A stretch of 64,000 nt of DNA from Psammoneis japonica (Eukaryota): NCBI GenBank assembly GCA_008632985.1, contig QPGO01000129.1:124001-188000 (forward strand), written 5' to 3'. The notes beneath the pieces are model-generated. The model was not told where the DNA came from. It did not search any database and saw nothing but the letters and a program-made list of their open reading frames with translations. Below, in pieces: positions 1-13,200 of this stretch. Each line of letters starts with the position of its first letter. Position 1 is the first letter of the stretch. Made by a program: the position numbers and the translations under genes.

Positions 1-1699
1 CTCCTTGGTCTTGGAAGCCTGAATGTGATTCTCATTGGTCTTGCCAGTGCAATGTTTCCTTCCTTTGTCCTTCTTTTGCTCAGCCAGGTGGACAACATGT
101 GCTGACCTTCGAGTGGTTTTGGTTCATTTCTTGGCAGGCGATGTGATTTTGAGTGCATGTCGGAAGGAAGCTTTGTTGGTCAAAGCCTGCAATGTGTCTC
201 CCTTTTCCACCAGAGGAGTGGGGTGGAGCTCATCCTGCAGATGGGAAGCAGAGTGCATGTAGAAAGTGCATCCTGAATTGTCGATCGCCCTCTCGAATTT
301 CATGCTCAACCCCTCCCGGTTCTCCAAGGCTTTGTCCATGGCATCTTCAACATCTTGGAAACCTGGGCTGCAGTCAAGATCTCCATTGCTGATGTTGTTC
401 AGCAAGAAGTTGTCATTGAACAAAGCTTCCTTCTTTCCAGCGACTGGAGAGTCGAAGAATCACAGGCGCCAACTCGAAATCAAATGCGGAGTCATCTGAC
501 ATCAGCTGGGTTGTCTTCCTCTTCATGATCTGAGATGAGCTGCTCTCTGATGCATCACTTGGAGACAAAGGCATGTGTTGAAAAGCCTTCCTTCTCTTTG
601 TGCTTCGCCTTTTAGCCTCAATGGTTGAGACACAGAGATCAACTGACAATCTAAGAAAAAATCCGTGCTCGGCATCTTTACGGACATCAGTTGCACACCA
701 CAATGTTCAGCAAAACCAAGAGCACAGTGTCACACAACACGCAAAAGGTGAATGTTAGACAGCAGGTGATGTGGGGGTGAACCACGCAGCAGCACAAACA
801 AACAATTCTCATCGATTTCAAGAGGAACAACAACAGATTTTCGAGTCGGTTTTCAACGGATCTCTTTCTTGGAACGCACCAGCATCAATTTTTTGCACTG
901 CAGATTGATGGAGCATGCAAAGACATTTCTAAAACGCCCCTGCATGTCTCTGGGTGTGGCTTGGTTGATGAGAAATGACACTGAGAGGCAGCAAGAGTGG
1001 TGTGACGAGTGTTGTGATCAAAATTTTTTTTCTTTTTGCGCATGTCTGTGTGTGTGCAACTTGGTGTCACAATGGACACACATCATTTGTGCACTTCAAT
1101 CAGTCCATTTCTTGATGCCTTTGCATGCCGTCTTTGTCATCCCATGCCTTTTGATGCACGGGCCATGCCAGTCTGTCTGGAGATTCACAATCTCATCACA
1201 TTGGTGCTTCCTGTTCTTTCTGTTGTTCTTTGTGTCCAGAATCATTTGGCACACATCCAAAACATTGTGATGCATGCAAGGGGGTTGCTGGTCAACTGGT
1301 TTGTGTTTCCTTTGAGCTTTTGTGCCAACTCATCATGCGCAACTTTGAAGCTCAGGTTTTGAGCTTTTGACAGCATCTCATTGATGTCCACATCCAACGA
1401 TTGTTCGCTGACATTGTGCAATGCTTCTGTGGCAATCATCATGTCCTTCAAGCAGTTTTCTGACCACCGCTGCACAGTCACATGTCATGCTGTGTCCCCA
1501 ACTCATTGCTGAGCCAAGTCACATCATCCATCTCATTGATGGCCAATGGCTCCTTTTCTTTTGATGAACAGATGGTTTGTGGTGCAAGTGTCACATTCCG
1601 TCATGTCAGAGGTGCTGCCAGCCTCACATTGCCAAGGGATCTTTCACCCACACCACACATCAGAATTCCCTTTTTGACATCACAAACAGGATGCACTCC

Positions 1700-4250
1700 T
1701 GTTGTTCTTGATTCTCAACTGCCTGTGATGGCTTGCTTCAACTTTCAGAACTTCTTGCCCTGCAACGGCTTTGTCGTGAAGTCTCCAAGCATGTCATCTG
1801 TTGGACAACACTGTGCTCTTGGGTTGCCCTTCTTCGCTTGATCAGCAATGAAGAAATGCCAAATGTTGAGCACCCCAGACTGTTTCCCAGCACTCTTGTG
1901 CCCATTGGTTTCCAGCAGTGTGGCACTTTTGTTGTCCTGACATGGGACATTCTTGTCAATCAGACAACCCTGGTGTTCCACAAACAACTTGCTCCACAGG
2001 GTCATGGGGTCATCACATCATCAACTCCAGCTGGCTCAGCCTCTGTGCTGCTGTGGGCATTGAGCTGCTGCTGTTTGAACATTGTCTGCACCCCTCCATC
2101 ACCCATGGTCACAACTCCCCCTGTGCAGCTTTTAAAGTCCAGGTTTGCTGCAAATGATGTGCTCACATGCCACTTGACAACTTGGAGGTCCTTTGCACTT
2201 AAAGTGGCAACTTCACTCTTGTGTCCGTTTCAAACATTTGACACAATGGACTGGTTTCCCCCAATCCTTGTTGGTGAGTTCACTCACTTGCATGTGTGCT
2301 GCAGCAACAGCTGGGTGCACATCTGTGTGGCCCCTCTTGGAAACAAACAGTTGCTTGGCCACCCCTCTGTGGAAGGGTTGTGCTTTCTTCTTGGTCAGCA
2401 GTTGCATGCTGCCAGTGTCAAAGAGGTTCTGTGCAGCTGGCATCATGGCAACATCCACACTCTTGATCTTCTCTGGGAACTTGTTGATCATCTTCTTGAC
2501 ACAGCCACTCATGTCAACCTTCACTTTGCCCTTTGCACTGAAATCCAGGGTCATCCCCAGGCAGTTGTGCCTCTTTCCTTGAACAACAATGACCTCATTG
2601 TGGCTTCTGCACATCATGTTGAGCCAGCTCAAGAATTTGTCATTGACCTTTGGGTTCCTGTGGCTTGACAACAGGTTGTCCACATGGAAATGAATCATGT
2701 GCTGTTTGCCGCTGACATTTCCATTGGCAATGCATGGATCACACCATCTTGATGTCCATGTTGGCTTGCATCGTGCTTGTTTCTGGTTGATCACATGTGA
2801 GCCGCAGCTTGTGCCATGCAGAACATCTGCTTCTGACAGAACAACTTGGTCTGTTGGATGTTGTGGTGCTGATGCTTGTGCTGTCACCATCCATGAGTCT
2901 GTGCATGACTGTGTCCCCTGATGTCCAGCTTCTGTCCTGTGTCCCAAAACCAGTTGTTCTGCACTGTGCCACCTTTGTGCAAGCAGCTTGGGGACTTGTG
3001 GCCTTTTCCATCACAACAGCAGTGCACTGTGGTGTCACTTTGGTTGCTGTTCTGGGCATGGCTCTGGTTTTTGCTGTTGCTGTTGTCATTGTTGCCACCC
3101 TTCTTCTTTTTGCCCTTTTCATTGCTGTTTTCTTGTCCTGGTGCAGCTGTCCTTTGGATGGTTCAGCAATGTGTTTGCAGCTTTCTCCAGGGTCTTTGGG
3201 CAGGAGGCATCCTTGTCTGGACTGCAGTCCCTCACAATGCTCTTCTTGAGGCCCTTGCAACAATGATTGTTGCTGTGCTCTGAGAACAGGTGTGTCATCC
3301 ACTTCTTGCATGCCTCATCCTTTGGCTGTCTCTGAGTGTCAGGATTTGCTTCTTGACATTGTTTTGTGTTGGCGATGAACCCATCAAACATTTTCTTTCC
3401 CTGGCCTTTGCTCACAGCATCCTGCTGGTTCTTGAACCTTGACAAACAGTCATCACCTGTTCTTTTGTTCTCTTGCTGCCTCACATCCAGGAGGTTCTTC
3501 AGCGACTTGGTCAGCATGTGGAGTGGATGACAACCTCTCATTGAGTCAAATGTCAGGGTCTGAACTGGCTTCAGCGGCTCAATCAGATTGTCCCTCAGCA
3601 CAGGACAAGCTGGATCATGTTGCACTTGTTGTCACATTTGCCTGGAGCAACAGAGTCATTCCATGTTGTGAAAAATGCAACAGTCTTGTTCTCTTTGAAC
3701 TGCACAATCTTCTTGCAGCAACCATGCAATTCCTCCATGCACCTCTGCTCTGGCTCCTTGTTTTTGCACTCACACTGTTTTGGCAAGCTTTGGCAATTGG
3801 CGTCTCCTGGACCTGGTGGCGCTGTCTTCTGGGACATCTTCAGAGCGGGTTTCTTGGAATTGAAGTCCTTGCATTTTGTGTCCTCCAGTGATCTCGCCAG
3901 ATGGACTCCTTGCTCATTTTCCTTTTGCATGTGTCAAATGATCCACTCTATGTTGAAGGGTGGAACTTCAGCTCGGATGGAGAGCACTTCTTGTTGTTGG
4001 GACTGTCTGACCTGCGAATCTTATCATCTCTGTCTCAACTGCCAACTTGGCCAGATTGCTTGCCACTCCCTGTGCCACTCATGGCACAGGAGATCTCAGC
4101 TCATCTTTGGAGTGAATGTCAAACCAGCAAGTCAGTGCTGCCAAAAGGGAATCCTGCTGGGCTTCATGTGCTGCTTGTTGCACTTGCCTTGGCTTCTGCG
4201 TTGGCTTTGGGTTGCCTGCGGCGCCAATGTAAAACCTCCAAGCTGACAAC
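1700..4250 (-). mobile_element. Degenerate Ty1/copia (CoDi-like) LTR retrotransposon remnant: gag, RT and RNase H fragments
   Basis: Minus-strand fragments CDPCIANGNVSGKQHMIHFHVDNLLSSH (RT, HVDD-type) and KSAGKQSGVLNIWHFFIADQ...CCPTDDMLGDFTTKPLQGKKF (copia RNase H C-terminus), with a gag-like fragment at 3119-3930. Many frameshifts. LTRs not identified and boundaries approximate. Confidence 0.85.
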
Positions 4251-7200
4251 ACAACAGGCACCTGTTGACGCTGAGTGACAAATCAGGCAAACCAACAAAT
4301 GGCTCACTTGAAGAAAGAGCAAAAACAAAACAAAAAGCAAAGGCAGGGGGATCAATGATGGCGCACTCTTGTCAAAGATCATCATCATTCTTTGCTGTGC
4401 CAGGATTCAAAATTTGTTTTCTTCAACACTTCCAGGTCCCGCCTCTGGGTGTCCCAACACCAATTTCACCCTGTCAACTTTTTCTCTCCTCCCTTGGCAA
4501 AGTCTGATGCAGTGTCAGTGGGCAGCCACAAATTCACTTGGTTCGTTGTGTGCTGTGACTTGTGCCGCAATTTTTTTTGTCATTTCTGTGAGACTTTCTC
4601 ACAAATTTCACCTCATCAATTTCTGCTTTCTTTCTTTTGACTGATGTTGACAGGGTGAGATTTGTGTGCACACCCATGGGTGAGGAGAGCACTGGATGCA
4701 GCCATGGGGAATTCTCCTGAGCACCTTTTGTGACTCCCTTTCTCAGTTCAAGAATGGCAGCAGACAGAGAGGAAAAAGTGTCGGACACCTTTTCCAGTGA
4801 TTTTGAAGACTTTGCTGGCAATGAAAAAGAGCAAGAGGCCATTTCTTCTCACTGATCTTAGCACAGCACAGGGAGAATGGAGCTGCTGCTGGCAATGACT
4901 CTCTTTGCAAACAATGAGCAGAAGGTGGCTGTGATGTTGCCAGAAAAAAATTGCACTTGTGTCTTTCTCAAATGCAGCCACAAACAACTGAAATGTTTTT
5001 GAAACTTTGGGGGGGTGCAATTTTGAATCCGCACAACTTTTTCCAGGTCAAGAGAAAACACAAAACAAGGAGGCCAACTTGCAACAATGCAAAGCAGCAC
5101 CACACAGCATGTCACACACAACACAAAAGTTGTGAAAAAATGCAGCAATTGCAGCTCAGAGACAGACCAGCCTCTGAGTGAGCAGACACCAATGATGACA
5201 AGGTTGACAGAGACATTGTCAAGGGTGAGAGACCACATCAAAGAAAGAGCCTTTCTGAGCATCACACTCACATTTGATGCAAAGCAATTTGAGGAAACAG
5301 GCATGATGTGTGAAGACAAAATTTGCTGCAAGTGTCATTGAGCAAGATGGAAAATTGACTCCCACATCTTGCTGTTTCTCATGATGCAGGGGTGCAAGAA
5401 AACAAAGAAGCAAGAGCTCTCTGCTCTGAGGCCAACAGATGTTGCAAGCAAGCTTGAGAGCATCATCAACAAGGGCTTCATGGAAAAAGAAGTTGTCGTG
5501 AAGAAGGGAAAGTGCGCAAGACACTCAAGCACTTTGCAGCAAGCAACTGGAACCCAGCAGAGGAAGACACAGGCAGGAGATGATGCAAAATGCCAAGGAA
5601 GAGCAAGGGATGGTTGATGAGAGCCAACAAGTTCTTCTGCAAGCTGCTCATGGAAATCAAACAAGACATTGCTTCAAGTGAATGATGGCTCCTCTGCTGA
5701 CAGGAAGATTTGCACAAAAGAACTGCAGCCAGCTGTTGAAAGCAAACAAGAAAAGAGCTTGATGACTTGAGTGATGAGGGAGACCACATGATGAGCTGCA
5801 CCAAGATCTGTGAACTGGAGCTGGTGGTGGCAGTTTTGCAGACAAAAACCCACAAGCAGAATTTTCTTTTCATTGTTCAACATGAGATTCCAAGGCAACA
5901 CTCCACTCCAGAAACTGCACTTTAGACACAGCAACCATCAAGTTGAACATTTTGGGGGTGAAAACTTGGCGAGTTTTGCTGCACACTGACTGGGTTGACA
6001 AGATCTTGATTTGCAACCTCTTGGACATCTGTCAGAAAAATGGGCACTCATTTGTTTTCAAATCTTGCACCAACTCATGATGAAAGGGGTGGTTTGTGAC
6101 AAATCTGACTGATTTGTCACAAGTGAAATCATGCACTCACACTCACACACCTTTTCTTAGACTGCAGTCCACTCATCAGTCAGGGGGGGAGATTTCCAAA
6201 TTCCCCCCCCCCCCCCGATGCCATGCAGTGGCTTCAGCCAATGCTCAGCAGACAACACAAACACTCAAAAAGTGCGCTGGTCAGCAACACAACAACTGCT
6301 CTTTGGGCACACACAAGCACTTTGCAGGTGCAAGAAGCAAAGTTCTTGCTGGCTGTTGTGGCATGTCCCCATTGGAAGCATGGGCTGCTTCTTCAACAGG
6401 CAGCCACCATTTCACCTTGAGCTTGCTTCCAAAGACATGTGCAGTCAAATGCACGCAGAGAAAGCCACCAAGAACCCAAGCCTTCAAATTTGCACAGCAG
6501 TCATGTGTGGATGATGTTTGATGACTGAACTCCAGCAGATTTGGCTTGCAATGAGAGTGAGAGACAACCAACTTGCGCGCCTTTGGCAAAGAGCTGAAGT
6601 GGCCACATCAACAAAGATGATGATGTGTCTTTTTCAAAACATCAAATGGAGATTTTTGTGAGCTCCATGCAACAACAACAAGCAAAGTGATTCAGAAACC
6701 CATGTTGTTCCTGTGGTGTTTGCAATTTCAAAATTTTTGAGAATGGTGGGGAGAAACCAGCGGTGTTTCACTCTCACATTTGTGTGGCTTTTGTAAACCC
6801 CAATGCAACGCATCAGTCAACTTGGCACAGCACAAGCTCCAAACTCCAAGATTTCTTTTCCTCCAACCTTCATGCACCTCGCTGCATTGTTGCATCATGT
6901 TTCACCCCTCACACACCCACAGTGGCAGAAAAAACCACAAAGCCCACCAATGCTGCAGTTGCATCACACAATGTCACAGTTTGGGATGATCAAGCTCAAT
7001 CAATTCCATGGCTGCATGTTTGTGAAATTAACAGAGATGACTTTGACCACCAAAAGCAAATGCTGAGTCAGAATTTGACCACAGCAGCACACAAAAAGCA
7101 GAGAAAGAGCCCAGGAGGAATTGGAAGCAGCACACGAAGCACATCCTTTGCAAGACACAAGCAACAAAAAATCAATTGTTCAAAATGGCAGCCTTTGGTG

Positions 7201-10119
7201 CGTGCACTGGCAAAGCACGTTTTGCAGGGCACAGTGCAATTGGCAAGCTTTTTTGTGGTGGCTTTTTTGGTGGACATTGTGTTGCAAGTTCTGCACAAAG
7301 CTGCCCAAGGCATGTGGTGCACAGCTTGTCATGGAAATGGCAAGTTTTTTTGGAAATGGCAAGAAGAATCAGAGTGCATGTGAGCCATCCTCTTTTGCAT
7401 TGCAAACACATTGGCACACCTTTCCTCTTGTTCAAAATGCAATCTGTCTTGTTCAGTGCCTTTTTTGGAATGGCACAAATGTGGATTGTGTGTTGCAACA
7501 GATCCTGGCACTCCAGCTGAGATTTGTTTAGCCTGAATGGCACCCATGGCCGGGGATGACAATGTCTTGGCTGGCACTTTGTCCACCATCCTTGCCCTGT
7601 GCTGGTGTGCACATTGCTGAGTTTTGTCCTTCACCAAAGACATGTTTGGAGATGTGCAACCCAAAAATGTCTTTCTTTGGTTGCCAGCTGTTGCACAGTT
7701 TAATTCTAGCCTCGCTCTTCACTCTGTTGCTGTTCATTTCCAATCTCAGTCAGCATCTTCATGCAAGAAATGGACAAGCAGTGGTGCAGTGGTTGGCAAG
7801 CTGCAGAGAGATTTGATCTGTGAACTGCTTTGTGTCTGATTCCAGCACCACTCTTTGCCCCATGCACAAGAGAGTGAGGGGATTGGCTTGTCCCATGAAA
7901 TTGCTGCAGCAGTTGGCAGGGAAGTCATCAATGATTCTACAATGTTCACATCAAACAGTTGCTGTTGTGCAAGCAACATCGCCTCCTGTCACATCACTGG
8001 GACAGGTGAAATTCAATGAGTTGGCTGTGTGGAAATGGAGCTGCAAGTCATTTGAGCCACTTGCAAAAAATGCCAATGATTTTCACAGTTTGGAAGAAAA
8101 TGAGTTGGCAGCGATGCACGCAAGCATGGCTGGCAGAATTGCAAAACTCTCACAAGCCTTGAAAGAGCCCTTCATGAAGCAGAAGCAGCCCAGTGAGGAG
8201 TTGCAACAAGAATTTGATCCCAGGCTAAACTGTTTTGAAAAACTTCATCTCAAGCAACATCAACAAAATGGCGCTGGTGAGTCACAACAAGAGTTTGATG
8301 CAAGGAGAAACTTTTTCAAGCACTGCAACAATCAGCAGCTGGACAGAGAGCAAGAGACAGCATTTTTTTACAAGCCCTTCAGTTGCCATGCAAGAACAGA
8401 ATGAAAATGCACCAACAAAAATGACCAATCCTGGGGAAGCAGCATGCAAAGCACAAGCAATTCCAAACAGTCACCATGATTTGATGTGTCCAAGGTGCCA
8501 ACATTGCATCATGTGCCAAGGTGTGCTGCCTCTGTTCTTTTGTGAAAAGTGCAGATGAGACCATTGACCCCTGCATGGGTGCACAACTGCAGAACTGTCC
8601 ACGGGCAATCAAATCAGAAGACTGTTGCCACCAAAGCAGATGACCTTTTGCAGGCTTTTGGAGGCATTGTTTTTGTCTGAGGGGCACGCTTTTGGGTTGC
8701 ATCTTAATGGCATTTAGACCAAATGGGTTGCTTGTGGGAAGTGACTTGAAAGCATCCATTCCCAGCCTTTCAAATGAGTGTGGCGCAAAAGCTGCAAAAG
8801 ACTCCTTCAAAGCACTGTGGCAAATTTTGCAGCTGGAGATGAAATGTCAGACTCGCAGCACACATGTGCAGCTGCAGCTTTTGAGATGATGGTTGGAGAC
8901 AAGAACTTGACTCAGGAACAATTGCAGTGTCTCAAAAAGTTTGTGCGTGACCATTGAATCAGAACAAAGCCAATGAGGCTGCTGCCCAGGGCCCCATTGG
9001 AAGGTTGTTGCTTGGGCTGACACAATGGCAACACAGGAAGCTGCCATGAGCAAATGGTTTCCAGCAAAGAGCTCTCTCATTCTGATGAAATGTTTGCTTT
9101 GGAGTTGCATCAACAAGTTGTTGCCAGAGAGCACACAAGGCCATCAACCACAAGAAAGCTCAAAACCTCAAACATTCCACAAGGGAAAGCATCAAGCAAT
9201 GCAAGGAAAAGCTTCGACACACTGGCTCATTAGCTGAGGCTGCAAGCATGACCTGACAAGAGAGAAAGCCATCTTGAGTTGCTGTTGACAATGTGGTGTC
9301 CAGCGCAGACTTTGATGCAGACCAGTCTGATGTGCGCATCAAGTTGTTGTCAGGAGAGGACATCATGCCCAAAGAAAAGGAGCTGCCATCACTGGAAATT
9401 CAGCACTTTGTTGCAGACAGAGGCTTGGAGAAGTCAGAAGAAGTGAAGCTTTGGGAAATGACCAAGGGACAAGATCTTGCTCATGAAGAGACCAAGAGAA
9501 AATCAAGGCAGCTGCTGCTTTGCCAGATTTTTGTCTTGGACAATGACTTGCAGCTCAACAGCAAGGAAGCTTTTGTCTGATTGGTGTCCAGTCAGGATCT
9601 TGCTTTGGAAGAGGAGGCTCTTGCCAAGTCTGCAAGCCAACAAATTTCATTGAGCAAAGGCTTGGCACAAGAAAGAAGCTGCAATGCAGAAGGTGGTGTC
9701 AGGGGATGCTGTTTCTGATGAGGAAGTCCAGCTGCCTTTTTGGGCATGCCAGAAAATGTCCGAATCCAGACAAAATGTGCTTGGCAAGTCTTGTGACAAG
9801 ACTGAGAGGTGACAGACATTGAGACAGGAGAGGTTGCTGTGATGATGCTTCAGAGAGTGCAGGCAGGAAAATCAATGACAGCAAGAAGGGAGGAGGCTTC
9901 CATGCAGAAAATGGTGTGTGACAAAGAGCTCTCAACAGAAAACACTTCAGACAGCTGGTGCAATGCAAGCCACAAACTCTCTCCAACACAAATGCATCCA
10001 CAAACAAAATGAAGTTTGGGACAGAGTCTGGCTTCACCAGCTGCTGTTCTGACAAGGACAAGAGCAAAGAAGAACACTTCTTTGATGCCATTTGAAAACT
10101 CAGTGTCACTTGAGATCAG

Positions 10120-11590
10120 GAGAGCAGACTTGGACTTCCAAACTCCTCTGCAGAGTGAGAGGATCCCATGATGGTGCCAGCCAACCTGACAGCTGCACAA
10201 ACTGAGGACATTGGCGGTGTCTGATGGACCCCATGTGACAGTTTGAGAACTGTGGCTGGGCATTGCAAGGCTGATCTTGTGGTGTTGTGTTTGTCCCCAG
10301 CGGCAGCAGATGTGAGCTTCCAAACTCTAGAGCACAGGGGCCCCATGGCAGCCAACCCAGCAGCCGCTGCTGGCAGAGGACACTGGCAGCATCTGGTGAA
10401 CCCAGAGAGTCAAACTTCAAGAGCTGTTGTTGGGCATTGTTGCAAGGTTGATGTTGTGTTGTTGTGGCCCCATGTCACCTTGTGCCCAACAGGATGAGGC
10501 TTGAACTTTCAAATTCTGCAGTGAGAGGATCCCCCATGATGGTGCCAACCAACCTGACAGCTGCAAACTGATTGCATTGGTGGTCTCTGGGGACCCCAGG
10601 TGACAGCTTGAGAACTGTGGCTGAGCATTGCAAGGTTGATCTCATGGTGTTGGGGCCCCATGTGGCCTTGTCCCCAACAGCAGCAGACTTGAACTTCCAA
10701 AACTCTGGAGTGCAGGCACTCCATTGCGATGCCTGCCAACCCAACAACAGCCAGCAGAGGGCACTGGCAGCATCTGGTGGACCCAGGGTGAGACTTTTCA
10801 AGAGCTGTTCTTGAGCATTGCAAGGTTGATCTTGTGGTGTTGTGCCTCAGGTCACATTGTCCCCATCAGGAGCAGACTTGACTTTGCCTGCTCCTGAGTG
10901 CAAGGATCCCACGATGGCACCAACAAACCTGACAGCTGCTGGCAGAGGGCATTGGTGTTCTTTGGTGGACCCCAGGCGAGACTTCAAGAACTGTTGCTGG
11001 GTGTTGCAAGGTTGATTTTGTGGCACTGTGACCATGTGCAAAGTTGTGCCCAACAGCAGCAGCCTTGAACTTCCAAACTCCTGAGTGAAAGGACCCCATG
11101 ACTGCCCCAACCAACCTGACAACTTCAAGCCAAGAACACTGGCAGTGTCTGGTGGTTCACCCCAGGTGTGGCTTAAAGAGCTCTTGTTGTTGGGCATTGC
11201 AAGATTGCTCTTGTGAGTTTTGGCCCCATGCCACATTGTGTCCTCAACAGCAACAGACTTCAACTTCCACAAAGTTTGCACCAAACAGACCCCATGATGT
11301 GGCACCAACCATGCTGCCAGCAGAGGGCACTGGCAGTGTCTGACAGACCCAGGGCAAGACTTTGAGAGTTGTTGTTGGGCACTGCAAGGTTGATCTTGTG
11401 GTGTTGTGGCCCCGTCATGTCACCTTGGCCCCAACAGGAGCAGACTTGAGCTCCCAAACTCCAATGTGCAAGGACCCCATGTTGGCACCAACCAACCTGC
11501 CAGCTGCCAGCAGAGGGCACTGGCAGCATCTGGCGGACCTGGGGCAAGACTTCAAGAGCTGTTGTTGTGCACCACAAGGTTGACCTTGAT
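10120..11590 (+). repeat. Tandem array of about 8 diverged units of about 185-190 bp, probably a decayed protein-coding repeat
   Basis: Recurring motifs gcagacttgaacttccaaactc, ccaaccaacctgacagctgc, gagggcactggcagcatctgg and gcattgcaaggttgatcttgtggtgttg. Unit starts near 10124, 10305, 10493, 10683, 10872, 11059, 11252 and 11440. Confidence 0.9.
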
Positions 11591-12880
11591 GTGAGAATTG
11601 AGCAACCTTTTCTTTCAATCCAGCAGTGCCAGACAAAGGAGCCAAGATCACATGAGTCAAGCCTGCTGTGGCTCCTTGACTCTTGACGCATCCACCCAAA
11701 TGGAGCTGGAGCTGGCATGTTGTGAGGCAGCTGCCAACTGTTTGAACCTTGGGGGGAGAATGGCGCACATGCCACAGCTGGTCCTTCTGATGATGACAGT
11801 GTGGATCTTGGGGGGAGAGCAGTCACATGCCACACCTGGTCCTTCTGACAATGAAAGTGTGGATCTGGCTGAGTTGGAGAGAGAATCAAATGCAGACATG
11901 GAAGAGGAGAATCAGATTTCTGCAATCAAGAGAGACTGTTGCAAAGTGAAGGAGGTGACAAAAATGCCAAGGAAGTTCCAAGTGGTGCAGTTGACTCAAC
12001 CAAACAAAACAATTTGATGCACGTCAAACTTGTGTCAGAGTTGGATGCTGGTGAGCACAAGGATCTGCTGCTGAAGGCATTGGTCAAACAAATGGGGTGG
12101 AATGTTTGCAAGACACACAAGGCAAACCCCTGAAAAAGCAGTTGCATGATGACTTGAGTTTGCCCCCACCTCCAGACCACACGTTGTGCCAAACAAGGAA
12201 CAGCTGCTGAAGGTGTGCACCCAAGACTGCCACTTTTCATGTTGCTGCACTGCAGATCTCATGCATGTGCACCAACGTGCCCCAACTCTGTGCTGGCCAA
12301 GGCAAAATGCCCAGAAAGCATCAACTGTGCAATGCTGCATGGACTGCAACACCTTTGCAAATGCCCTGGCTGTCTGGAAGGTGCCAGGGAAGAGCTCACC
12401 ATTGCTTCTCTCACCCAGCCAAAAAATTGCTCCTTTCATTGCTGTGTGCTCAAACTGTCTCAAGAATGGATCTGGCATCCTGACTTGCCTGTGAACAATT
12501 TTTCGTTTGCTTTCCCAGCTGGCAGCAAAACACCCCAAACTTCAGCAGCAAGAGGCTGCTGTGCCTTGCATGGCTGCAAGTGCTGCACATCTGCACATTG
12601 TTCAGTCTCGCTGATGTCAAACAGCATGGAAGTGTGAACAGTTTCCAAAAATGGACAAACCAACAGAGATCTGCTCTGTTGGAAGCTGTTGTCTGTGGCT
12701 CTCCAATGTGGATGTCTTGCCCCAAGCTGCAACAGATCTCTCATGAGAGAAACATTTGAGCTCTGCCAATGGCGCAGCACTGCATTGTGGTGGTGAAGAG
12801 AAAGAAGTGGAAGATGCAAGTGTTGAAGTTGTTTTCACTGATTGCAGGGTGCTGATGCAGCCAGGAATTAAGGCGCTGTT

Positions 12881-13200
12881 GTGGAGACAGACCTCCCCTT
12901 TCATCATGGCATGGGGTTGCTGACGACACAACAACACAAAAGCACATGGACAGAGCTGTCACCACAGGAGCTTCAAATGAGTGGCTGTGCAAGTGCAACA
13001 AACCAATGGCAGCAAGACAAGAACTTGTTGCATGACGAGACTCAGACACTGCAAGAAATGCAAAAGGGAGGGTGTGTCATGTGCAAAACAAAGACAGCCA
13101 ACTGCTGCATGGGGTGTCACATGCATTGCTGCAATGACTCCTCCACAATGAAGGAAACAGTGTGCAGGAGTTTGCCATGGGCCCCCCCATCCTTTGCCAT
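12881..13200 (+). pseudogene. Cys-rich C-terminal fragment resembling the CRD of a piggyBac-like transposase
   Basis: CVMCKTKTANCCMGCHMHCC matches CxxC...T...CxxC spacing. Some Cys may be mutated Tyr and no DDD core was recognised. Confidence 0.25.

Noticed and set aside
6182..6216. G-run and C-run hairpin
   Set aside because: Short homopolymer complementarity with no supporting context.
10120..11590. CRISPR-like array
   Set aside because: Whole units of about 190 bp are homologous with no unique spacers, there are no cas genes and the context is eukaryotic.
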